A stretch of 64,000 bases of DNA from Verrucomicrobiia bacterium (GCA_037127695.1 JBAXXX010000003.1:20687-84686); one strand, 5' to 3'. Positions 36,742-46,203 are shown, counted from the first letter of the stretch. The notes: generated by a model not told the origin, from the letters alone. Numbers and translations: made by a program.

Positions 36742-37425
36742 ATGAGAATGTCCCCTGCCTTTCTTTCTTTCCTCATCGCAGCAGCCGCAGCCGTTTTCTC
36801 TATAGAGTCCGCGCGAGCCGCCAACCCGACTGGGCTGGATTTAAAAAAATCCGGAGATATCACGATTGCCACCGACAGCCTGCCGGACATGGAGATCCGA
36901 GTGGAGGTGAAGGAGGTCTCACACAGGGAGTGGGGGAAAACCGAGGCCAAGGAAAAATACCAGCCGACTTCCGGCACAGATATCGAACGGTTGCAAACTT
37001 ACGGATTTCCAGATGGCTCGGAGATCAAGCACGCTGTCAAAGTGAAAATCCAAGGCTCCGAGGTCAAGATGTCCGCAGAGTGGAGCTCGGGTTCAGCTGC
37101 TGGCTTCTCTCGCGTTGACCTTTGGATTCCTCAGGAGCTCTCTGAGGACATGATCGTCACGCTCGGTGATAAAAAGGTTTTTCCCACTGATGAAGGGAAA
37201 AATCTGGGCGTCATCAAAAATACGGACACGTTGGTTTTCAAGCGGAAGTCGTCCGGAGAATTTCTTTTCACCCTGAGCGGAGACTACTTTGGCGTATTCA
37301 TGGGGCTTGTCCGGGACCACCCGGAAATGGGGCTCACGATCAGGATAGGAAACGTTCCGCTCGACATTGCTGCGACGATCGGAGATGCCACGCAGATGAG
37401 CTGGACGCTGGGATTCAAGCCGTAG
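36742..37425 (+). CDS. hypothetical secreted protein
   Basis: Internal ATG of ORF 36538..37425 with the signal peptide MRMSPAFLSFLIAAAAAVFSIESARA. No recognisable motifs. G+C is visibly lower than in the neighbours. Confidence 0.6.
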   Translation: MRMSPAFLSFLIAAAAAVFSIESARAANPTGLDLKKSGDITIATDSLPDMEIRVEVKEVSHREWGKTEAKEKYQPTSGTDIERLQTYGFPDGSEIKHAVKVKIQGSEVKMSAEWSSGSAAGFSRVDLWIPQELSEDMIVTLGDKKVFPTDEGKNLGVIKNTDTLVFKRKSSGEFLFTLSGDYFGVFMGLVRDHPEMGLTIRIGNVPLDIAATIGDATQMSWTLGFKP

Positions 37426-37489
37426 CACCAACGAGGCGAAAGGGCCATTTTAAGAGCCCGACAAATCTCAAGGGCCGCAGTGCCCCGCT
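37414..37489 (+). repeat. 76-bp direct repeat, copy 1
   Basis: TTCAAGCCGTAGCACCAACGAGGCGAAAGGGCCATTTTAAGAGCCCGACAAATCTCAAGGGCCGCAGTGCCCCGCT, identical to 41500..41575. It includes the last codons and stop of the preceding gene. Confidence 0.95.
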
Positions 37490-37503
37490 GGTATTTTTTC
37501 ACC

Positions 37504-39057
37504 TCAGTGAAGGCTTGAGGCGGCTTTCGGGCAACCCTTGGGGAGAAGGAGAGCGAGCGGGATGATGCAGAGCGTGCCAGCTGCCATAAACAAAAACACG
37601 TCGATGTATGCGAGCATCGCGGCCTGCCGAATCACGGCCAGGTAGAGCCTCGCGAGCGCCTCATGCACGGCGTCGGGGCCGCCGCCAAGCATGTTGCTGA
37701 GGCTTTCCAGAGCGGCCGAGGTTTCGGCGCTGTAGGCGGAGACATGCTCGGCAAGCCGCGATTGGTGGAACTGAGATCGCCGGGCAACGATCGTGCCGGT
37801 GACAGCAATGCCCACGCTGCCGCCAAGGTTGCGGGCGAGGTTGATGAGCGCGGCTGCGTTGCCGCTTTTTCCCGGCGGCAGGTTGACGTAGGCGGCCTGG
37901 GTGATCGGGATGAAAAGAAATGCGAGACCGACCGTTTGAAAAACCCTGGCCCAGGCGGCATGCTCAAACGGAATCCCAAGAGTGAGGCCTGTCATGTGGT
38001 AGAGGGATGCCGCCTCGAGCACAAGCCCCGCGATGACAAGGTTTCGCCCGGGAAATTTCCGCACAAAATAGCCGCCAACCAGAGGCATCATGACCACCAT
38101 CGCGATGCCCCCGGCGGTGAGCGCCAGGCCGGCCTGGCTCGCCGTATAGCCGAGAAGCTGCTCAAGAAATTGCGGCAGGAGTGCCGTGCTGGCGAAGAGG
38201 ATAAACCCTAACAAAAACATGGTCGTGAAGGATGCGAGAAAGCTTGGGATCCTGAGCAGGGGAATGTCCACGATGGGGTCGGTCGTGCGCGTTTCCCACC
38301 ACACCAGGGCAAGGAGCGAAACCGCCGAGGTCACCGCCATGCCGACAATCAGAGGCGAGCCAAACCAATCCTCCCGCTGCCCACGGTCCACAAAATACTC
38401 CAAGCAGCCAATCCCCAGCACGGTGAGCCCAAAGCCGATGGAATCCACCCGGAAGCCATTTTTAAACAGCCGGTCGCGCTCGATGCGCGTGGAGGGCGGC
38501 TCAGAGACCAGCCAGGCCGTCAGGAGAATCGACGCGACTCCCACCGGGATATTGATCAGGAAGACCCACCTCCAGCTGAAGTTGTCCGTGATCCACCCGC
38601 CGAGAGTGGGCCCGATCGCGGGGGCAAACACAACGGCCAGCCCGTAGATCGCAAAGGCCATGCCGCGCTTGGCCGGGGGAAAAAGCTCGACCAGCATCGC
38701 CTGCACGACCGGGGCCATGCCCGCGCCTCCGACGCCTTGCAGGATACGAAAAAAAATCAGCTGGTCGAGGCTCGCCGCCAGCCCGCAGAGAAACGAGCTG
38801 ATCGTGAAGATCGTCACGCAGGCGAGGTAGAATCGCTTGAGCCCGAAAACCGTGCCCAGCCATCCGCTGATCGGCATCATGACGGCGTTGGCGACCAGGT
38901 AGGTCGTGAGGACCCAGGTGCTCTCATCTAGTCCCGATGCCAGCCCGCCTGCGATGTGGCCGAGCGAGACATTGGCCACGCTCGTATCCAGGACCTCCAT
39001 AAAGGTGGCCATCGCCAGGACGACCGTCACGATCCAAGGGTTGGCTGCGCTCTTCAT
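37504..39057 (-). CDS. MFS efflux transporter, DHA2 (EmrB/QacA) family
   Basis: 517 aa with ~14 TM segments and N-terminal MFS motifs (LDTSVANVSLGHIAG; GWLGTVFGLKR). Confidence 0.88.
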   Translation of the reverse strand: MKSAANPWIVTVVLAMATFMEVLDTSVANVSLGHIAGGLASGLDESTWVLTTYLVANAVMMPISGWLGTVFGLKRFYLACVTIFTISSFLCGLAASLDQLIFFRILQGVGGAGMAPVVQAMLVELFPPAKRGMAFAIYGLAVVFAPAIGPTLGGWITDNFSWRWVFLINIPVGVASILLTAWLVSEPPSTRIERDRLFKNGFRVDSIGFGLTVLGIGCLEYFVDRGQREDWFGSPLIVGMAVTSAVSLLALVWWETRTTDPIVDIPLLRIPSFLASFTTMFLLGFILFASTALLPQFLEQLLGYTASQAGLALTAGGIAMVVMMPLVGGYFVRKFPGRNLVIAGLVLEAASLYHMTGLTLGIPFEHAAWARVFQTVGLAFLFIPITQAAYVNLPPGKSGNAAALINLARNLGGSVGIAVTGTIVARRSQFHQSRLAEHVSAYSAETSAALESLSNMLGGGPDAVHEALARLYLAVIRQAAMLAYIDVFLFMAAGTLCIIPLALLLPKGCPKAASSLH

Positions 39058-39068
39058 CGTGCGGATTT

Positions 39069-40091
39069 CTATCGCACCATCACGGACGGCGAGACCGACA
39101 TGCCCGGCGCCAGAAGGGGGGAATCTACTGGCAGCTCAAGCTCGATCTTCACCGGCACGCGCTGGACGACTTTCACGTAGTTGCCTGTGGCATTTTCCGG
39201 CGGGAGGAGGCTGAATCGGGAGCCGGTGCCGGCCTGGATGCTCTCGACTTTCCCCTTCAGGAGAAGGCTCGGGTAGGAATCCACGCGGACCTCGACAGCC
39301 TGTCCCGGGCGCAGGCGGTCGAGCTGGGTCTCCTTGAAGTTGGCGATCACCCAGACCTCCGGCGCGACGAGCGCCATGAGGGCATTGCCGGGCTGAACAA
39401 AGTTGCCGGGCTCGACGTTCTTCCGGGCGATGCGTCCGTCCCCGGGGGCGCAGATTCTTGTGTTGTCCATGCGGAGGCGGGCCGTATCGAGAAGCGCGCG
39501 GGACTGCTCGACCCAGGCTGCGGCCGAGGCCACTGCAGCTACGGCGACGCTGATCCCCGCCTGCGCACCGATCGCCCTCTGCTGCTTGCTGGTCAGCGCG
39601 GCTTTTCTCGAAAGGTCGCCGGCCATCATCTGATCATATTCCCTCTGCGCGATGGCCCCGCTCTTGCGCAGGCTTTTGCTGCGGAGCAATTCCTGCCCGG
39701 CATTGTCCGCCAGCGCCTTGGTCTCGCTCGTGTCCGCCAGCGCCTGCGCCAGGCCTGCCTGCTCAGCACCCAGACGCGCGCGGGCCTCCGCAAGCTTTGC
39801 CTCCGAGGAATCCAGATTCGCTTTCGCCTGGCTCAAAAGCGCCTGCGCATCCCTGGGATCAAGCTCGACCAGCACGTCTCCGCCCTTGACCACCTGGTTG
39901 TCATCCACAAGAACCCGCACCACTTTTTCTGAGATTTTCGAGCTGACCTGCATGACATGCGCCTCGATGAACGCATCGTCGGTCGATTGGCGTCCCCGGC
40001 TCTGGAGATAAAATCTCACTCCAAAAACCAGCGCCAGCAGAAGGCCGATCGCCATCCCCCACCGGACAAACAGCGGCTTTTTTTCTTTCAT
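39069..40091 (-). CDS. HlyD/EmrA-family membrane fusion protein
   Basis: Single N-terminal TM helix, a lipoyl-like segment (VVKGGDVLVELD), a long Ala/Gln-rich coiled coil and a beta-barrel end. Confidence 0.85.
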   Translation of the reverse strand: MKEKKPLFVRWGMAIGLLLALVFGVRFYLQSRGRQSTDDAFIEAHVMQVSSKISEKVVRVLVDDNQVVKGGDVLVELDPRDAQALLSQAKANLDSSEAKLAEARARLGAEQAGLAQALADTSETKALADNAGQELLRSKSLRKSGAIAQREYDQMMAGDLSRKAALTSKQQRAIGAQAGISVAVAAVASAAAWVEQSRALLDTARLRMDNTRICAPGDGRIARKNVEPGNFVQPGNALMALVAPEVWVIANFKETQLDRLRPGQAVEVRVDSYPSLLLKGKVESIQAGTGSRFSLLPPENATGNYVKVVQRVPVKIELELPVDSPLLAPGMSVSPSVMVR

Positions 40092-40738
40092 AATAAAACG
40101 TGCGAGAACTTTTCAGGGGACGATTTTTTGAGGCGTTCCATGCCGCCGAGGGAAAAGGCGGCAATGTGGCTGGCGAGCTTGCTGATGCGCTCCTCATCGC
40201 CGAGCAAGTCGGGATACAGGTGCAGGATGATCGGCTGGTTCTGGCGATAAAAGACGCACTGCGCGATGATGCTCGCGCTGGCGCGGGATATTTCCTCATC
40301 GCCCAGACGTCCGTCCGTCAGATCCCGCAAAATATGCCCAAGAAGCTCCACTTTCGGACGGAAGTCCTCTTCGATTAGCCCCTTCAGCATCCTCGTCGGC
40401 TCAGAGATCTCCCGGGCCATCAGTCGCCTGTGCCAGGCGGGACGGAGGGGATCCAGCACATGCCGCAGCAGCCTTCCAATAAATTCCTGAAGCCGGATTT
40501 CCGGCGATGCGTGGCTCTCGGAAACCCACTCCGGCCCCCTCGCGCAGCGCTGGGCATGCTGCAGGACTGCAGAATACAGTTCCTCCTTGTCGCGAAAATG
40601 ATAGTTCACCGCAGCCACATTTGCTCCAGCGCGCGCCGTGATTTCTCGGATCGTGGCGGCCTTGTATCCAACCTCCGAAAAAACCTCGCCCGCCGCCTCC
40701 ATGAGCCGCTCCCGGATCGTCCCTTTGATCGCATTCAT
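40088..40738 (-). CDS. TetR/AcrR-family transcriptional regulator
   Basis: N-terminal HTH ATIREITARAGANVAAVNYHFRDKEELY. The stop overlaps the fusion-protein gene start. Confidence 0.88.
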   Translation of the reverse strand: MNAIKGTIRERLMEAAGEVFSEVGYKAATIREITARAGANVAAVNYHFRDKEELYSAVLQHAQRCARGPEWVSESHASPEIRLQEFIGRLLRHVLDPLRPAWHRRLMAREISEPTRMLKGLIEEDFRPKVELLGHILRDLTDGRLGDEEISRASASIIAQCVFYRQNQPIILHLYPDLLGDEERISKLASHIAAFSLGGMERLKKSSPEKFSHVLL

Positions 40739-40793
40739 GATGCGGTCAACCTATTCGATCCAATCAGATGTTTCAAACATTTGTTTTGCCCAT

Positions 40794-41402
40794 TCAGGTC
40801 GACGACCTGAATGGCATGGCACCGGAGGCGAGCCGGGGTTGCACGCAGCTTAACCCGAACTCCGAAGTTGGGATAAAAATCGGGGTTAAAACGCCCCTCC
40901 CACGCCTGCGGCACTGGTAGTGGGATCCAACTTCGGCGAAGTTGGAATGGCCCATCGTAATCGTCGGATCCAGATCCAGACTGAAGCCATCGGGCGGCGC
41001 GCTAAACATCGAGAGTATCCAGATCCAGAGAGGACGCCAGAACGCCTGGATCCTTCCTTGGCTGAAGCGGGCAAAGAGGTTGCGAATCGTGTCGGTGCCG
41101 GGGAAACGGCTTATCCCCAGCATCGCGTGCAGCGCCTTATCTGAGCGTAGCCAGTCTGTATGGGCAAAGCGCCTCGCCCCGACCACCACAGAGAAGAAGA
41201 ATGCCATCAATGTGTGTGCCGGGGGAATGGCATTGGGGCTGCGAAGCTGGAATGGCATCGCTTTTTGAACCTGTTCGGCAAGGCCGATCCGGTCAAAAAA
41301 CTCGATCAGGCTGATCAATCCCCCGAACGGGGTGACTGCCTTGACCGTGCTGCGGAATTGAACTTGGCTGGAACCGAAAATCGGGTGAAACTTCGAGTGC
41401 AT
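40794..41402 (-). pseudogene. DDE transposase (IS1380/IS4-like) N-terminal fragment
   Basis: VTPFGGLISLIEFFDRIGL...RSPNAI...GARRFAHTDWLRSD...FPGTDTIRNLFARF...LDLDPT resembles the N-terminal half of IS1380/IS4-group transposases. The ORF ends after ~200 aa with a degenerate tail and no DDE core follows. Confidence 0.6.
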
Positions 41403-41499
41403 TGTTTTGTGCGTGGGTTGAGGTTGCTTTTGGTGTCGCAACCCTTTTCAGCCACAGCCTTCCGCACAGAACAATGCTTTTTGTACTTCGGAGTTCGGG

Positions 41500-41575
41500 T
41501 TCAAGCCGTAGCACCAACGAGGCGAAAGGGCCATTTTAAGAGCCCGACAAATCTCAAGGGCCGCAGTGCCCCGCT
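41500..41575 (+). repeat. 76-bp direct repeat, copy 2
   Basis: Identical over 76 bp to 37414..37489. Confidence 0.95.
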
Positions 41576-41610
41576 AGGCAGAAGCTCCCAAGACTTGGGA
41601 ACTTCTGCCT
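41576..41610. other. long near-perfect hairpin abutting repeat copy 2 and overlapping the stop codon of the hydrolase-porin gene
   Basis: AGGCAGAAGCTCCCAAG-AC-TTGGGAACTTCTGCCT gives 16 pairs with one mismatch. No U-tract is present on either strand. Confidence 0.6.
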
Positions 41611-43441
41611 AAAACGAAACCGTGACGCTTCCGCCGCCCCAGAACGTATCCGAGGAGGTCTCGGCCAGCCCGGCGAGCGCCCGGCTGTAGGCGGCATATC
41701 CCGAGACGGTCAGCGAGCGGGTGATTTTGAACGGAACGGAAAGCCCGAATTCCAGGTTGTTTGCGCCGCTGAAGGGCACTGGTTCCCCATCGGATCCGGT
41801 CCTGGCATTATATTGGAAGTTCATTCCCAACGCCCCCCAAGGCTCAAGGGCGACGATTTTGCGAAAGACCGGCAGATGCCCGTCCACTCGGAAGAGCAGG
41901 AAGCTCGATCCCGACTTTGCGAACCCCTGCCCATCCCCGGAGTCCGGGCCGATGTTGAAGTAGTAGCTCAGCGAGGGGGTGATGGTCGCCGGACCCGCCG
42001 CCAGCTCGTAGGCGGCCACCGCGCTGAGCTCATGCGAGAAAAAATTCTGCGGGGCATAGCCGAAGTAGAACGAGTAGCCGGCGGTGAGCGAGAGATCTCC
42101 GAGCGTGCGCGTGTAAGCCAGGGAAGCATCGAACTCCCTGTATGCTGCACCGTGGGTGGAGAGGCAGTGCCAGAGGTCGGCGGAAAGCGAGTCCTCGTCG
42201 GTCGGGCTCCATGTCACATTCAGGTCCGCCCATGCGATGCCCGCCCCGTAGCGGCCTCCGTCTCGCAGCGCGTTGACGCCGCGGAACATGTAAAGGCTGT
42301 CCCAGCCCGCGCTGAGCGAGACCTCAAACGTCTTGCCTGCTTCCGCCGCAATCTCCGTGCCCTTCTTCTCATCGACACAGGCCTCCACGAGCGGCCACCA
42401 GTCGTTTTTCGTCTGGTTCAGCGTCCCCGTGAAATAGATGCCGCGCTCGGGCCAGAAATAGGCGAAGGAGTTGCCGTGCCCGTCGTGCCCCCATAGCTCG
42501 CCCCTTCCGCCCCCCAGATCCACGCGGAAAAGCCCCAGCCCGTATGAGACGCTGTCCTCGCCAGTAGGAACCGCCTTCCTCATGACTTCGAGGGTGCCGG
42601 GGCTTTTAAACAGCCGGCCCGAGGCGAGCCCGGAAAGAAACCGCTCGAGGTCGCGCGTCGTGCTCATCAGCCCGCCGCCTGCCCAGTCCGCGCTCTGGCG
42701 CTCCACGGCGTGCAGATCCTCGCAGCCTTCGAACCGGTGCGCGGGGGCCTTGCCTCGCTGCTTTTCGTGATATGTCAGCCAAGTGTCATCCATTCCGAGC
42801 GGATGGAAAACCATTTCTGAAAACGCGCGGTGCAGCGGGAGCTTTGTGACGCGCTCGATCGCCTGCCCGAGGAGGACGTAATTCGTGTCGGAATAGCGGA
42901 ACTTCGCAGGGGGGCGCTTGGAGGGGAGCTCACGGGCATACGCCAGGATTTCCTCCGGCTTCCAATGCCGGCCGGGCGCCGCCAGAAAAGCCTTGAGGAA
43001 GGGGCTGCGGCCGGAAGGCTCATGGTCGCCCCAATAGTCTGCGAGCCCGCTCGTGTGCGACAGCAGCTGCCGAACAGTGATGTCGCCGCAGAATCCGCGC
43101 GCCTGCTCCCCGGGAAAAATATCGGCCAGCCGGGAGTCCAGTTCGAGCTTCCCCTCCTCGACGAGCCTGAGAATTGTGGCGGCCGTCACCGCCTTCGTGA
43201 TGCTGGCGACCTCAAAGGGTGTCTCCGGGGTCATCGGGGCCGATCCCGCTCCTCCCGTGAGCCCTGCCGCCCCCTCCCAGACAAGCCCATGGGAATCGCC
43301 GATGCGCAGCACGCCTCCTCCAAACCCCTTATTTTTTGCGACCAGCCGCTCCAGCGCATGCTGGGGCCTCGCGGAGGCATCCGTCTGGGCAACGGCCAGG
43401 GAGGCGGTCAAAACGATGGCGGCGGCAACAAGGTAACTCAT
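41609..43441 (-). CDS. serine hydrolase (class C beta-lactamase/PBP fold) fused to a C-terminal TorF-like outer-membrane beta-barrel
   Basis: Signal peptide, then S-x-x-K (ASITK), Y-x-N (YSDTNY) and an H-x-G-type third motif (WGHDGHG). The C-terminal ~245 aa has alternating-hydrophobic strands, begins LSAGWDSLYMFRGVN and ends in ...VTVSF. Confidence 0.8.
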   Translation of the reverse strand: MSYLVAAAIVLTASLAVAQTDASARPQHALERLVAKNKGFGGGVLRIGDSHGLVWEGAAGLTGGAGSAPMTPETPFEVASITKAVTAATILRLVEEGKLELDSRLADIFPGEQARGFCGDITVRQLLSHTSGLADYWGDHEPSGRSPFLKAFLAAPGRHWKPEEILAYARELPSKRPPAKFRYSDTNYVLLGQAIERVTKLPLHRAFSEMVFHPLGMDDTWLTYHEKQRGKAPAHRFEGCEDLHAVERQSADWAGGGLMSTTRDLERFLSGLASGRLFKSPGTLEVMRKAVPTGEDSVSYGLGLFRVDLGGGRGELWGHDGHGNSFAYFWPERGIYFTGTLNQTKNDWWPLVEACVDEKKGTEIAAEAGKTFEVSLSAGWDSLYMFRGVNALRDGGRYGAGIAWADLNVTWSPTDEDSLSADLWHCLSTHGAAYREFDASLAYTRTLGDLSLTAGYSFYFGYAPQNFFSHELSAVAAYELAAGPATITPSLSYYFNIGPDSGDGQGFAKSGSSFLLFRVDGHLPVFRKIVALEPWGALGMNFQYNARTGSDGEPVPFSGANNLEFGLSVPFKITRSLTVSGYAAYSRALAGLAETSSDTFWGGGSVTVSF

Positions 43442-43459
43442 AAGGTTCTGTTTTTGAAA

Positions 43460-44386
43460 TTATCGGCAGAGAATCTCGCGTGCGGACGCGGCATCCCGCG
43501 CGATCTGAGTGCGCAGGGACTCCCTGTCGGGAAACTTTATTTCCGGCCGTAGGAGCCGGACGAATTCGGTTTCGATGTCCATCCCGTAGATATTTTCCGA
43601 GAAGTCGAGGAGGTGGACTTCGAGGAGGCGTTCGCCGGCGTTTTTGACCGTGGGGCGGGTTCCGATGTTGGCGACCCCCTGGAAACGGGCATTTTCCGTA
43701 CGCACCCGGACGGCATAGACTCCATCGGGAGGAAACTGTTCGTTATGGGCGGAGAGGTTCGCGGTGGGGAACCCGAACTGCCGGCCGAGGCCGTCGCCGT
43801 GCCGCACGGTTCCGAGGATCGAGTAGCGGCGGCCGAGCAGGCGCTCGGCGGAGTCGAGGTCGCCGGATTCGATGGCTTGACGGATGAGCGTGCTGCTGAC
43901 GAGCTCGCCTCCGATGGCGACCGAGGCCACCTCGGTGGTTTCGAATCCGAGCTCCTGTCCAACCGAGCGAAGAAGAGCCCCATCCCCGCGGCGCCCCCGG
44001 CCGAAGTTCCAGCCATGCCCGACGCAAACCCGCCGGAGCGAGCGGGCGGAGGAGGAGAGGATCCGGAGGAAATCCTCCGCTTCGAGAGCGGCAAATTCCT
44101 CGTCGAAGGGAATAACTAAAACGTGAAGGATCCCGAGCTCCCGCATCAGCGCAAGCTTGTGTGGCGTCGAGGTGAGAAGTCTGGCGGCGCGATCCGGGCG
44201 CAGGATTTTCGATGGGTGGGGGTCGAACGTCAGCGCGGCAGCCGAGCCTCCGCCCGCCTGCGCCGCATCCAACGCCGCGCGCAGAACGGCGCGGTGCCCG
44301 TAGTGCATCCCATCAAAAACTCCGGCGGCAACCGCAACGGGTCCGGGAACCGAGGCGAGGCCTCCCATGCTACGGAACACGTTCAT
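43460..44386 (-). CDS. ribF: bifunctional riboflavin kinase / FMN adenylyltransferase
   Basis: N-terminal GVFDGMHYGH and the C-terminal kinase block GFPTANL...GVANIGTRPT. Confidence 0.92.
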   Translation of the reverse strand: MNVFRSMGGLASVPGPVAVAAGVFDGMHYGHRAVLRAALDAAQAGGGSAAALTFDPHPSKILRPDRAARLLTSTPHKLALMRELGILHVLVIPFDEEFAALEAEDFLRILSSSARSLRRVCVGHGWNFGRGRRGDGALLRSVGQELGFETTEVASVAIGGELVSSTLIRQAIESGDLDSAERLLGRRYSILGTVRHGDGLGRQFGFPTANLSAHNEQFPPDGVYAVRVRTENARFQGVANIGTRPTVKNAGERLLEVHLLDFSENIYGMDIETEFVRLLRPEIKFPDRESLRTQIARDAASAREILCR

Positions 44387-44513
44387 CAGCCGGGAGAAAT
44401 CACCAAAGAGAGATTTTGCAACACCCTGGAGGTCAGACCACTAGGCCGGCACTCCGCCCGTCTGCGATTCTTCCATGTGAGCAAGAGGGGCCGCTTCACG
44501 GAGGTCGTCCTGA

Positions 44514-45236
44514 TTAGGCTCCGCGAAGGCGGGAGACCGCAGGGAGGCTTAGCACGCGCGCCGCGACCTCCTCCATCGGCCCGGCTTTCAGCTCTTCAAC
44601 AGTTATCGCGCCCTCCACGTCAAACCGCCCGGATTTCGTCCGCCGCAGCGCCTTCAGATGAGCGCCGCACCCGAGGTCCTGGCCGATATCATGCGCATAG
44701 GTGCGGACATAAAACCCCTTGCTGCAGACGACTCGAAAATCGATTTCCGGCAGCCGGATCGCTTGGATTTCGTGGGCATAAACGTGGACGAACCTCGGCT
44801 CGCGCTCGACCACTTTCCCCTGCCTGGCGAGCTTGTAGAGCGGAACCCCATCCTTCTTGATCGCACTGACCATCGGGGGAAGCTGGTAGAAATCCCCGTG
44901 AAGCTTCGCGAATGCGGCATGGATCTGCTCGGAGGAGAGCGCCGGCACCGGGCTCGTCTCCACGACAACCCCGTCCGCGTCCTGGCTGTCGGTCGCCTGG
45001 CCGAGCACAAGCGTGCCGACATACTCCTTGTCCTCGCTCATCAGGAGGTCTTGAATCTTTGTGCCGCGACCGATCGTGATGAGCAGGAGACCTGTCGCCA
45101 GCGGGTCGAGAGTTCCGCAGTGGCCGACTTTTTTTGTGTTCAGCGCGCGGCGGGTGATTGCCACGACATCGTGAGATGTCATCTCCGGTGCCTTGTCCAC
45201 CAGCAATACCCCGTCAATCGCGTTTTCTGATCTCAT
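44514..45236 (-). CDS. truB: tRNA pseudouridine(55) synthase
   Basis: GHCGTLDPLATGLL catalytic-Asp motif and 240 aa. Confidence 0.92.
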   Translation of the reverse strand: MRSENAIDGVLLVDKAPEMTSHDVVAITRRALNTKKVGHCGTLDPLATGLLLITIGRGTKIQDLLMSEDKEYVGTLVLGQATDSQDADGVVVETSPVPALSSEQIHAAFAKLHGDFYQLPPMVSAIKKDGVPLYKLARQGKVVEREPRFVHVYAHEIQAIRLPEIDFRVVCSKGFYVRTYAHDIGQDLGCGAHLKALRRTKSGRFDVEGAITVEELKAGPMEEVAARVLSLPAVSRLRGA

Positions 45237-46203
45237 CGCAAACAGCTTTTAAAAAATCTTTTTTGACCCGCTCGAGGGGGCCGCGGACGCGCGCGCCAGA
45301 CGCCATCGGGTGGCCGCCGCCCTTGAATGCCTGGCAGATTTTGCAGACATCCAGCGCAGGATCCTTTGATCGGGCGCTGACGCGGACTTTCTCGTCTGGC
45401 AGCTCCTCGAAGAAGATGGCCGAGCGGACGCCCTCGATCGCGCGGAGCTGGTCAATGAGCCCCTCGTTGTCTTCCGGCAGGACGGCCAGCCGCGCGGCGT
45501 CGGCGAGCGTGAGCGTGAATGTCGCGATCCGGTCCTCGCAGTGAAACTCCGCCTGGTTGAGGGCAAACCGGAGGAGGTCAAACCGCCGCCTCGGGAGGTT
45601 CTCATACATCGCACGGGAAAGAACCGAGACGTCAACCCCGGCGGAGACGAGCGCCGACCCGGCATCGAACGTGCGTGCGTCGGTCCCTTGGTACTGAAAC
45701 GAGCCGGTGTCTGTGGAGATTGCCGCAAAGAGGTTCGTGGCAATCGCCGGCGAGATCCGGACTCCCGCATGGCGGAAAAACTCGAAGAGGATCTGCCCGG
45801 TCGCCGGGGCGGTCGGGTCCACAAAATTGATTTCCCCGAAGCCCTCGTTGCTCACATGGTGGTCCACGTTGATCCAAAGCGCGCCCGGAGCCACCCCGCC
45901 AAGCACCGTGCCCACCCGCTTTTTTACGGCCGTGTCGAGGATAAGGAATACGTCGAATTCCTGCGGCGAGGAGGGCGGGACAGAAACGAGCTCCCAGCCA
46001 GGCAGATACCGGAATTTTTCCGGGATCCCATCCTCATTCCAGGCGGAGACTTCCTTGCCCTCGCTCTGAAGCCAGAGGGCCGCGGCGATCGTTGAGCCCA
46101 GCGCGTCGGCATCCGGGCGGACGTGGCTGGCGATCGCGATCCGACGGGCGTTGCGCAGGGCGGCGATGATGGGGTCAAACATTTTCGTTAAGTCCGAGCT
46201 CAT
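45214..46203 (-). CDS. nrnA: DHH/DHHA1 phosphoesterase (NrnA/CnpB-like)
   Basis: HVRPDADALGS, NVDHHVSN (DHH) and the DHHA1 motif GGGHPMASG. Confidence 0.85.
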   Translation of the reverse strand: MSSDLTKMFDPIIAALRNARRIAIASHVRPDADALGSTIAAALWLQSEGKEVSAWNEDGIPEKFRYLPGWELVSVPPSSPQEFDVFLILDTAVKKRVGTVLGGVAPGALWINVDHHVSNEGFGEINFVDPTAPATGQILFEFFRHAGVRISPAIATNLFAAISTDTGSFQYQGTDARTFDAGSALVSAGVDVSVLSRAMYENLPRRRFDLLRFALNQAEFHCEDRIATFTLTLADAARLAVLPEDNEGLIDQLRAIEGVRSAIFFEELPDEKVRVSARSKDPALDVCKICQAFKGGGHPMASGARVRGPLERVKKDFLKAVCDEIRKRD

